From a virus: 64,000 nt of DNA. A program made the position numbers and the translations under genes. Where the stretch lies: positions 1 through 64,000 of IMG/VR virus record IMGVR_UViG_3300028800_000062; one strand, 5' to 3'. Below are positions 8,813 through 16,240 of the stretch, in pieces. The notes under the pieces were generated by a model. The model worked only from the letters and a program-made list of their open reading frames with translations. It was not told the origin of the DNA and searched no databases. Position 1 is the first letter of the stretch; every line of letters starts with the position of its first letter.

Positions 8813-9010
8813 TTACTTCCCTGATCTCTTATCCAACATCCAACACAACCAGATACCCTCCCCAACATAATGACCTTCCCGAACTGTCATACTTCTCCCA
8901 TTGGGATAGAACTGGTACGTCTTGGCAGCCAGATCGAACAACCTGTTAGCCAGATGGTTCCGCAGACGGCGGATCCTCAAGCGTAGAAACATTCCAACTT
9001 GTAAGTTCAC
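8813..9010 (-). CDS. Hypothetical protein, paralogue of 7439..7702
   Basis: GGAGG RBS, GTG start, shared motif pattern. Confidence 0.65.
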   Translation of the reverse strand: MNLQVGMFLRLRIRRLRNHLANRLFDLAAKTYQFYPNGRSMTVREGHYVGEGIWLCWMLDKRSGK

Positions 9011-9068
9011 GTTGACCTCCCGGTGCTCTTTTGAGCCAAATCATCGCTCTGGCATTCAGAGACCTATA

Positions 9069-9305
9069 CTAGGAATGCTCGTGAAAGCGGCAGATGAAGG
9101 GTGCATGCTGAGCGAGAGACTGTACCCTATTTCCCTGGTCTGTAGAGATTCTCGACACATCCTCATCCGTGTGGAGAACACCCAGCTGAGACCCGTACGC
9201 CGCCGTCGGATAGCCACAATCGACCAGTGGCCCGTGGCGCTCCGGCGAATACTGCCAGAACGTCAGGTGAAATGGGGGCACCAGGCAGCGGCCTATATGT
9301 TGCAT
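9069..9305 (-). CDS. Hypothetical protein
   Basis: ORF track; an opposite-strand ORF from 9075 is an alternative. Confidence 0.4.
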   Translation of the reverse strand: MQHIGRCLVPPFHLTFWQYSPERHGPLVDCGYPTAAYGSQLGVLHTDEDVSRISTDQGNRVQSLAQHAPFICRFHEHS

Positions 9306-9493
9306 AAGCCCTGGCGGACGGTGCCGGCCTCTATGCTATTCACTTTCTGCTTGGAATCGCAGAGAATACAGTGAACAGTAATGCCTATCCAATCATCACG
9401 TTGCAGCTCGCGAGCCTGATCGTAAGAGTTCACGCGCGTCTCGTGCGTATGGCCGCAAACCATGTGCAACAACAAAGGACCAAATCCTGGCAT
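9293..9493 (-). CDS. Small zinc-ribbon protein
   Basis: AAGGAGG RBS; HMVCGH ... CILC. Confidence 0.7.
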   Translation of the reverse strand: MPGFGPLLLHMVCGHTHETRVNSYDQARELQRDDWIGITVHCILCDSKQKVNSIEAGTVRQGLCNI

Positions 9494-9530
9494 AAATGCC
9501 TCCTTTTAGCTTCATTTCGTCGCAAACGCT

Positions 9531-9548
9531 ACCACTACATATAGTGGT
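9531..9548. promoter_or_regulatory. NrdR-box-like palindrome 1
   Basis: ACCACTACATATAGTGGT matches the 16-bp NrdR consensus (about aCAcwAtATaTwGTg). Confidence 0.65.
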
Positions 9549-9701
9549 GCGGTAGAATAGATCCAAGCACCACGGTCGAAATCGGCCGCCGCTAACGATT
9601 TGCTGATAACACAGCACTTACTGCCAAGCGAGAGAGGCGATCTATAGTGGGTCCGGGACCTCCCGGGAGCTTCCGATGAACTGGGCATCGGACAGCTCAT
9701 A

Positions 9702-9719
9702 ACCACTACATCTTGTGGT
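9702..9719. promoter_or_regulatory. NrdR-box-like palindrome 2
   Basis: ACCACTACATCTTGTGGT, 16/18 identical to copy 1. Confidence 0.65.
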
Positions 9720-9756
9720 AGTCCACAGTCCTGTTGCCTTCCACAAGTACGTCGCC

Positions 9757-9960
9757 TCATGAATTCACTTCTCGCTGCGCCTGGCGCCAGGCATGATCCC
9801 GGATCCAATCCACATCCGTCGGCTTCATCCCCAGGGGATTGTCGATCGGATCCCATGGTCCGAGAACCGCCTCGCAGGCAAGCTTGTTTGCACGAAAGAT
9901 CTGGCCAAAGCGGGTCATCAAAGGATCACTGTCCATGACTATTGGCATCCTCCGGTTCAT
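9757..9960 (-). CDS. Hypothetical protein
   Basis: ORF track (start 9960 or 9948). Confidence 0.6.
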   Translation of the reverse strand: MNRRMPIVMDSDPLMTRFGQIFRANKLACEAVLGPWDPIDNPLGMKPTDVDWIRDHAWRQAQREVNS

Positions 9961-10141
9961 AGAACGGATTGGCTGCCGGGCCTTGTTCAGCCAGGTGCAT
10001 GCGCTCGCACAGCCGGTCTAATGCGGCCGACCGCTCCGCGCTCAACCGCGGCCGCGTGCGTTCATAGCAGTCGATGCACAGCCGATTGGCATTGTCGAGC
10101 ATCAACTTCCGACAACTTGCGCACTTATGCGTACTCGTCAT
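9926..10141 (-). CDS. Small zinc-finger protein
   Basis: GAGGAGG RBS; CASC...CIDC. Confidence 0.65.
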   Translation of the reverse strand: MTSTHKCASCRKLMLDNANRLCIDCYERTRPRLSAERSAALDRLCERMHLAEQGPAANPFYEPEDANSHGQ

Positions 10142-10156
10142 CTGCACACCTCCTCT

Positions 10157-10191
10157 AAACAAAACAAGCGCGGGAGCAAACTTCCCCGCGC
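10157..10191 (-). terminator. Intrinsic terminator downstream of the RNAP gene
   Basis: GCGCGGG/CCCGCGC stem followed by TTGTTTTGTTT on - strand. Confidence 0.7.
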
Positions 10192-10211
10192 CATGAGTTA
10201 AGATTCCGGCC

Positions 10212-10421
10212 CTATTGCCCCCCACTCCTTCCCATCCCTCCAACCAGTTCCAACTGGCCGAGGTAGAGACAGGAGCGGCACGGACTACCAGTGCCCACGT
10301 CGGCTCCCGACGTAGCCACAACCGCCGCACATTCCAGAGCGGCCCAGCTCTCCGTGAGCACTGGAGAGGCTGGGCTGCTGTGCACTGCATCCGGTATATA
10401 ACATACCGTTAGTTCGTCCAC
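10212..10421 (-). CDS. Hypothetical protein
   Basis: GTG-start ORF between RNAP gene and terminator. Confidence 0.35.
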   Translation of the reverse strand: MDELTVCYIPDAVHSSPASPVLTESWAALECAAVVATSGADVGTGSPCRSCLYLGQLELVGGMGRSGGQ

Positions 10422-10430
10422 CCCGTCAAC

Positions 10431-13403
10431 CTAACTTGCGATAAGCGCCTCCTCTTCCGCGGCCAACTGCTCAGCCGGCACAACCATACCCTGGTCGGCC
10501 AGCATGCTGAAGCCCGGGATCGCCGGCTCTTGCAGGACAGCCTCGACCGTGACATTCCGGCCGAAATAATCGACGAATGCCGCAATCTGCGTCTTCTTCA
10601 GCCAGCCATAGAGCTGCTGATCGTCCACGCCTTCCGGGTTGTAGACCAATAGGTCCACCCGGACTGCGTCTTCGGTCACACCGGTCTTCTGGTTAAACCA
10701 TTCAACCAGGGAAAGGCGAACAACATCACCGGCCATTTGCCGCCAGGACACGACCATGTCATCATCCGGACTGGCATACTTCTTCGAAAGCCCGTTGACA
10801 ATGATGAAAGGATTTGCTTCACTTCCAATACTTTCCACTTCCAGATCATCCATCTTCATCATTTCTACGTCAGCTTCCTTGCCCGCCGGGGCGGGGAGTT
10901 CCCCGCCCTGTGGGTCGTCAGGGGTCGGTGCGTTCAGGAAACGCAGACCCGTAGCGGATACATCCAAGCCGGCTTCTGCATCAAGCAGCGCCTGCCAGGT
11001 GCGGTCAAACAGTTTGACCATATCGTTGCCGCCGAGAATGCTATCGCTGATGCGAGAGGCATTCATCTTGTCGCCGAACACATAGCGGCGCCGCATAATC
11101 TCTGCGATCGCCGGCACGGCCAGGTCATGATCCACCAGCTCGCCATAAGCTGCGCGCTGTGCATCCGCAAACGCCTGGGCCATGATCTTGCCCTCGAGCT
11201 TGGCTTCGAGAGCCGCGCGCATCTTGGGATTCCCCTCGGTGCGCTCCATGGAGCCGTCGTCAACAGCCGCAGCATTGAACGCCGCCGTCTGCTTTTCGAT
11301 ACCGGACTTCATCTTGTCGCGGAACACCTGAACTGTGGCACTGGCCAGCACGCGCACATCCTGAGAGGAGTGCACATAGGTCAGCCACGCAGGATAAGCC
11401 AAAGCGTCCATAGCCTCTTCAGCCAGGAGCTGTTTATAGGTCTCGATCGACTTCTCGATCTGAACCAGCGCGCGGTCGAGATCCGTCTCTACCGGCGTCA
11501 CATGCGAGCGTACTTCTTCCACTTTGCCATTGATCATCGTGCGGCGAGGCACGCGATCGAGCAACGCGGCGGAGCACTGGGTCAGATTGGCCCAGAAGTC
11601 CGTAATCGCAGCTTCGAACTCCGTGCGGGAGAAGCCCGACACACCAGCCACATGCTTCAGGCTGTCGATAAAGTGCGACTGATTCGCGGTCTGATCGGCA
11701 ATTTGCAGCTTCTCATCGATACCATTGAGATAGTTGTGATTGGCGATCATCATGGCGTTGGACACAGGGCCCAAGCCCATGCCGCTGCTGCCTAGCTGGC
11801 TGACCATCATGCGATGGCCCTGCCGTTTCCAGTTGGTCTGCAAGACCCGTGCAGCGCGGCGCTTCTCGAGCAGACTGGGCCCGCGCGGCGCCTCCACTAC
11901 AGCGTCTTCCTCATCATCATGCAACAGCTTCCCTGGAAAGCCTTGCGCAATCAACGCGGTAACCGATTCCACCACACGAGGATCGTGATGGATCTGAGCG
12001 GGATCGTCCCAATCGGCAGTTCCCATAGTCTCCATACGAGCAGGTAGATTAACAACAGAGAGAAATACAAAGGGACACTGTGTATGGGACATGGGAGCAT
12101 AAGCCTCATGCAGGACACTCACCGCATCAATTGCTTCAGCCCAATGGGCACTGGGCTGGCGGTTCATTACCACCGGGCCCAGATTGCGAACGTTGCTCTC
12201 ACGCATCCCAGGAATGGTGATCTCATTACCGACCAGCACGGCGTTTTCCGGATGGAAGTCACCGTTGCAGTCGAAGGCCGTAAAGTCCGGCATCAAATAG
12301 CGGTTCTGGGTATATGGCAGCGGCACGCGCAGATTGCGCATGTTCACCACGCGATTCCAGAAGAAGCGCTCGAGGCGCCGGCGCATGCAGGGCACAGTCG
12401 TCACGGGACGGCCGTTGCGAACCCAGCGGATCAGAGACCACATATCCTCAACTTCATTGAGGTCATTGGTTGAGTCCAGAGTGTCTTCCACATAGGGAAG
12501 CATCGCCGTAATCCAGCTGAGCATCTTGGATTCGTCGCACATGGCTCCTAAGAACTCATTGAGCGCGATCTCAGCATACTCCGGTAACAGCGCGGCCTGA
12601 TTGAAGTTCGCGACCCATTGCGGATCGCTGAACACCACCTGCGGTGCATGCAGCACTTGCATAATCGCAAAGCGAAAGCGCGAGCCCACGGTGCGGAGCT
12701 GCTTCTTGCCGGCGAACAGTACAAGGTCCCAGGCCAAACCCAGATAAACCAGGTCATTGCCTTTGAACAGCTTCATCATGTCGCAAGTAATGCGAACGCC
12801 GGCACCTGCGGGCAACTCTTCGCCCAACACAATTCCGGTCAAGCGTTGCGAAACAAAACCCATCCCGTCAACGTAAGGGAACACAGCCTTGCTGATCTTG
12901 GGAACGCGCACCCGGATCTCCTGACCACTGTCCAGAGCCACCAGGAAGCCATCCTCACCGATCAACTGAATGATGCGGCCTTCAACAGCCGCCTGATGCG
13001 GCGCAAACTCACGCTTGACGTACTTCTGGCGTTTGTAAACGTCGTTCTCCGACTTCACTACCCATTCGCGGTCGAGCTGGGCGGCCAACTCGTCCGGAGT
13101 CTTCGGAGCCAGCGGATCACCTTCACGGAAGCACACAAAAGTGGCTCCCTCGCCATCCCGCACGGTCACATCAGCAGCCTGCCACCGCACACCTTCACTG
13201 AACTCGCCCTTATAACCTTGATACAGGATATTGAGCGCTACGTCCAACGAACCGGGGACGTTGACTAACATGTAAGGGCTATCGAGCCCGTCGAGCAAGC
13301 GCAACCAGCGGCTGCGTTGCCTGTTGTCAGCGTATGCTTTCCTCACCACGTCATAGACAAGGTGATGCATGCAATTACTAGTCGTAGTCATAGTTATTAC
13401 CAT
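10431..13403 (-). CDS. Single-subunit two-barrel RNA polymerase, cellular-RdRP/YonO-like
   Basis: Ordered motifs DGMGFVS (DGxGxIS), R......FKG, RQP (RxP), GTADWDD (GxDxDGD variant), LGPVSN, IDSLKH (VDxxKt). Confidence 0.85.
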   Translation of the reverse strand: MVITMTTTSNCMHHLVYDVVRKAYADNRQRSRWLRLLDGLDSPYMLVNVPGSLDVALNILYQGYKGEFSEGVRWQAADVTVRDGEGATFVCFREGDPLAPKTPDELAAQLDREWVVKSENDVYKRQKYVKREFAPHQAAVEGRIIQLIGEDGFLVALDSGQEIRVRVPKISKAVFPYVDGMGFVSQRLTGIVLGEELPAGAGVRITCDMMKLFKGNDLVYLGLAWDLVLFAGKKQLRTVGSRFRFAIMQVLHAPQVVFSDPQWVANFNQAALLPEYAEIALNEFLGAMCDESKMLSWITAMLPYVEDTLDSTNDLNEVEDMWSLIRWVRNGRPVTTVPCMRRRLERFFWNRVVNMRNLRVPLPYTQNRYLMPDFTAFDCNGDFHPENAVLVGNEITIPGMRESNVRNLGPVVMNRQPSAHWAEAIDAVSVLHEAYAPMSHTQCPFVFLSVVNLPARMETMGTADWDDPAQIHHDPRVVESVTALIAQGFPGKLLHDDEEDAVVEAPRGPSLLEKRRAARVLQTNWKRQGHRMMVSQLGSSGMGLGPVSNAMMIANHNYLNGIDEKLQIADQTANQSHFIDSLKHVAGVSGFSRTEFEAAITDFWANLTQCSAALLDRVPRRTMINGKVEEVRSHVTPVETDLDRALVQIEKSIETYKQLLAEEAMDALAYPAWLTYVHSSQDVRVLASATVQVFRDKMKSGIEKQTAAFNAAAVDDGSMERTEGNPKMRAALEAKLEGKIMAQAFADAQRAAYGELVDHDLAVPAIAEIMRRRYVFGDKMNASRISDSILGGNDMVKLFDRTWQALLDAEAGLDVSATGLRFLNAPTPDDPQGGELPAPAGKEADVEMMKMDDLEVESIGSEANPFIIVNGLSKKYASPDDDMVVSWRQMAGDVVRLSLVEWFNQKTGVTEDAVRVDLLVYNPEGVDDQQLYGWLKKTQIAAFVDYFGRNVTVEAVLQEPAIPGFSMLADQGMVVPAEQLAAEEEALIAS

Positions 13404-13550
13404 TCCTTATAGGGAGTGTTCGTGAGCACTCCGGTTAACCAACCAAAGGACCGAAGACAGAACAGACTCGTTCCTGTCCTCAAATAGAAAGAACTACACA
13501 GTTCCCTCCGGAGCATGGCGCTGGTTCACCCAGTGCCACACCCGCAAGGA

Positions 13551-13733
13551 CTACTGCTCTTTGACAAACACATTCTTGCGATGAGCACCGGTCCGGTACT
13601 CTCGCAAAGCCGCCCGCTTCCGGGGCTCCGTATAACCACGCCGGTAATCCACAAATGACTCACCAGCTTTATAGGTGTCAGGGCTGAACGCACTGGACTT
13701 CACACGTACCGGATTCGAGTGATAGATAATCAT
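13551..13733 (-). CDS. Small basic hypothetical protein
   Basis: GGAG RBS before ATG 13733. Confidence 0.55.
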   Translation of the reverse strand: MIIYHSNPVRVKSSAFSPDTYKAGESFVDYRRGYTEPRKRAALREYRTGAHRKNVFVKEQ

Positions 13734-13816
13734 TGAGCTTTCTCCAAGGCGCAAGATCTAAGGCACGGGGCGCCATTCCGTACTGGGGGAGCAATAACAC
13801 GCTCCCCTATCACTAC

Positions 13817-14056
13817 TTAGGAGTGAGACTTCGCCATCAAGGGCAGCATTGGATAATGCGCCACGGCGACCGCCTGGTGGTATGACGGAAGACCACTGTC
13901 TTCCAACTCGTCGTAACCGAAGTGATCAGCCTGCCGACGCAGGCCTACCACCGGATTCTCGGATAACCGCAACGCCGACCGCGACGCCGCAGAGGACACC
14001 GCGCAACGAATCGCTACGGTGGAACGTGCCGTTACTACTCGTGCTACTCTAGCCAT
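13817..14056 (-). CDS. Hypothetical protein
   Basis: ORF track; overlaps end of 14049..14360. Confidence 0.35.
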   Translation of the reverse strand: MARVARVVTARSTVAIRCAVSSAASRSALRLSENPVVGLRRQADHFGYDELEDSGLPSYHQAVAVAHYPMLPLMAKSHS

Positions 14057-14360
14057 GCAAACACCTCACTGGTGAAGCCCTGTAGTCCAGGGCTGTTGCA
14101 GCCTGGTGCAGCGCACACTGCATCAGGCCTTTGTCATCTATACAATTGGGGCGTAACAAGATGTTTCGTACACGCCCCGCCATGACGTCCACTACCGCAA
14201 GTGCTGCCACTCTGCCATCTGCTGCTCCCGCGCAGCATGGCGACTCTGTCTGCGATACCGCGCCCGCAAGCGCAGGTAGTTCACTAAATACAGGGCGAAC
14301 GCACATCCGGCGGCCGTCCAAAGACACACGTCTGCTGTGATATGAATCATGGAAGTTCAC
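14049..14360 (-). CDS. Hypothetical protein
   Basis: ORF track, GTG start. Confidence 0.35.
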   Translation of the reverse strand: MNFHDSYHSRRVSLDGRRMCVRPVFSELPALAGAVSQTESPCCAGAADGRVAALAVVDVMAGRVRNILLRPNCIDDKGLMQCALHQAATALDYRASPVRCLHG

Positions 14361-14383
14361 TCCGACAGGACTGTACTGCTCAC

Positions 14384-14680
14384 CTAGTTGCCGCTGGCAA
14401 CGGCAGCTTCTTTAGCAGCGATCTTTGCACGCAACCAGCTGGAAGCTACCTTCATGGAAGGGATCGCAGCATAGGCGGACTGCACCGCGGGCGCTGCATA
14501 CGCATAGCCCAGCTTTCCAGTCAACGCCACCAGTACAGATACATCCTTGGCCAGCCGGCCACTCGCCACTGCAACATCCTTGCAACCAACGGCAATCGCA
14601 TGCGCATCCGTGTGTACCGCACCAGCGCGCTGCGTCGTCGAATCGATTACAGACTGCTGTGCATTCGTTCTCGTTGTCAT
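14384..14680 (-). CDS. Ala-rich hypothetical protein, first gene of the leftward arm
   Basis: AGGAG RBS before ATG 14680 (MTTRTNAQQ...). Confidence 0.65.
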   Translation of the reverse strand: MTTRTNAQQSVIDSTTQRAGAVHTDAHAIAVGCKDVAVASGRLAKDVSVLVALTGKLGYAYAAPAVQSAYAAIPSMKVASSWLRAKIAAKEAAVASGN

Positions 14681-14815
14681 GATGATTAGCTCCTGTGCCA
14701 GACGTGCTCCCAAGACTGCGCTTGGTGCTTCCTCGTCCGGCAGATGGGGTGGGCTCGAATCGTTCCGATAGGAGTACCCTGTACTAAATACCAGGGGTCT
14801 ATCCGCAGACCTCAT

Positions 14816-14992
14816 TTCCGTCTCGTGTCCGAGCCCGAAAACTGCGTCCGGAACCGCCAGGCTACTAGGAACCGGTCGCCAGGAAGCCAGGATTCCGGCC
14901 TCGTGTCCGAGCCAGTACTGATGGGACTCACCTTCCCGAAAGAGTAGGAAAGCTTCTGCCGGCCAACAAAACTTCTGTCTCGTGTCCGAACG
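14816..14992. repeat. Three direct repeats with core CTCGTGTCCGA at 14822, 14900 and 14979
   Basis: Exact 11-mer, spacing 78 and 79 bp, similar TTC.G flank. Confidence 0.85.
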
Positions 14993-14998
14993 CAACTA

Positions 14999-15027
14999 TT
15001 GCTTGGGAGGGGATTTCAAGGTAGGAT
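14999..15027 (+). promoter_or_regulatory. Putative sigma70-type promoter for 15051..15530
   Basis: TTGCTT-17 bp-TAGGAT, then AAGGAGG RBS. Confidence 0.5.
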
Positions 15028-15050
15028 GAGTAGATAAGGAGGCATACTGC

Positions 15051-15530
15051 ATGCCCACACAGAGTACGTCCACCGCAGCGGATGTTCTGATCCGGCAGTC
15101 GGAGCTGGATCACTTACAGGAGATGGAGACGGCCATCCAGGATCGCATTGCCACCCTGAGATCGGAACTGAGCTCCATTGTCGAGCAGAACAGCACCAGG
15201 GAAATAGTTCGGAACGAAAGCAAACTGGTCAGCGCGCTCCCGGCCGTCAGCGCAGTCCCCAGCGGGCGCCGGACCATGAGCGCCGCCGCGCGTGCCCGGA
15301 TTGCCAATGCCCAGCGGTTGCGCTGGCAGCTGAAGCGTCGCCAGGACGCCCAACAGCAGCATGTCGCGGCGTCGACCGCCGAAGCTCCCGGCCGTAAAGC
15401 CAAAGCTAAATCCAAAGCCACCAAGACCAAGGCCGCTTCCAAGAAAACTCGCAGCCGGGTTGCCCCGCTTTCCGCCTCCGGGATCTCCGCGGCGGACATG
15501 GCCGCGCTCACCGCTCCTGCCTCTGAATAA
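15051..15530 (+). CDS. Basic DNA-binding protein (coiled coil, MSAAARARIANAQRLRW motif, Lys/Ala histone-like tail)
   Basis: AAGGAGG RBS; motif seen in small DNA-binding-like proteins of Acidobacteria/Verrucomicrobia; KAKAKSKATKTKAASKK tail. Confidence 0.7.
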   Translation: MPTQSTSTAADVLIRQSELDHLQEMETAIQDRIATLRSELSSIVEQNSTREIVRNESKLVSALPAVSAVPSGRRTMSAAARARIANAQRLRWQLKRRQDAQQQHVAASTAEAPGRKAKAKSKATKTKAASKKTRSRVAPLSASGISAADMAALTAPASE

Positions 15531-15589
15531 ATCTTCGACTTTATTTCCTTTGTTTTCAAGAATCTGGCGTCCGACCAGGTTCTTGCCTA

Positions 15590-15618
15590 TTGACACCTAA
15601 CTAACAGTCTGTTAGATT
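15590..15618 (+). promoter_or_regulatory. Sigma70 promoter overlapped by palindromic operator
   Basis: TTGACA (15590)-17 bp-TAGATT (15613); CTAACAG-T-CTGTTAG at 15601-15615. Confidence 0.75.
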
Positions 15619-15624
15619 TCTAAG

Positions 15625-15722
15625 TAGCTTCTCCTTGCGGTGGAAGCGTTCGATTCTCCAGGTGCGGAAATTCTCCTTATTAACCTCCTTTGGGAACGTC
15701 TCGCGGCGTTCCCTTCTTTTTT
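15625..15722 (+). ncRNA. Putative ~95-nt sRNA with four UCUCC/CCUCC anti-SD-like motifs
   Basis: Bounded by the promoter above and the terminator at 15692-15722; no credible ORF. Confidence 0.55.
15692..15722 (+). terminator. Intrinsic terminator
   Basis: GGGAACG...CGTTCCC stem followed by TTCTTTTTT. Confidence 0.8.
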
Positions 15723-16191
15723 GGTTAACTGATCTCCCGGTAGCAGCATTCGCCGGCGAGCCAGGCCCGCACATTGGATTCGATTCCCTGGATTCCAGGC
15801 CCGTAGGCGATCCGCGGCGGGCAAGGCAGCTGGTAGCACGCGTAGACGGTATGAATCTGCCGATTTAGTTGGGAGTGAAGCGCGCCCGGTGATCAACGCC
15901 GGCCCTGCGAATGGAGCCCTCGGGAAATCATACACTTCCCGGGTCAGCTTTTTCCCCGGCTCAGATGGGATGAGCGGGGAACTAATCAGGCGCTCAGTAT
16001 GCTCTCTTTTGGTAGCAGTCTCAGGTTCCTAACCCAGTCCAGGGGGAGTTGCCCATAGACGGAGGTGCGTCCGCTGGCGCCTTCACACCCCGCTTTCCGC
16101 CTGCCAATTTACTGCTCGGCTTTCATTGTAATTAGGTGTGACTTTCTTAATAAATCTCTCGGATAAAAAGCTCTTAAATTGGTCCTGGTTA

Positions 16192-16200
16192 TGCTATACT
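16192..16200 (+). promoter_or_regulatory. Extended -10 promoter
   Basis: TGcTATACT in an AT-rich tract 40 nt upstream of 16241. Confidence 0.55.
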
Positions 16201-16240
16201 TCCTCTTGGGTGAAGATCATTACACACCTAGTGGGGAGAA

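Noticed and set aside
9512-9760. Protein-coding ORF across the NrdR-like boxes
   Set aside because: Possible ATGA coupling, but the peptide is unconvincing and the region is dominated by palindromes and hairpins; not excluded
10737-13268. Long plus-strand ORFs opposite the RNAP gene, and similar antisense ORFs opposite structural genes
   Set aside because: Shadow ORFs expected from GC-rich codon bias; no RBS or recognisable motifs
14816-14992. CRISPR mini-array
   Set aside because: Conserved core is only 11 bp, spacers are ~65 bp, there is no dyad symmetry and no cas gene in the window; kept as an unexplained repeat
14681-14995. N-terminal extension of the 14384..14995 ORF
   Set aside because: A good RBS precedes ATG 14680; the extension merely reads through the regulatory repeats
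15625-15722. CsrA/RsmA-sponge RNA on the minus strand (GGA motifs)
   Set aside because: Promoter and U-tailed terminator both point to the + strand
15640-15800. tRNA or tmRNA suggested by two TTCGATTC T-loop-like words
   Set aside because: No proper 5-bp T-stem, acceptor stem, anticodon arm or correctly placed CCA could be built
16219-16234. Third NrdR box upstream of the PAS-HAD gene
   Set aside because: Only the right half (TAGTGG) matches; the left half breaks the palindrome
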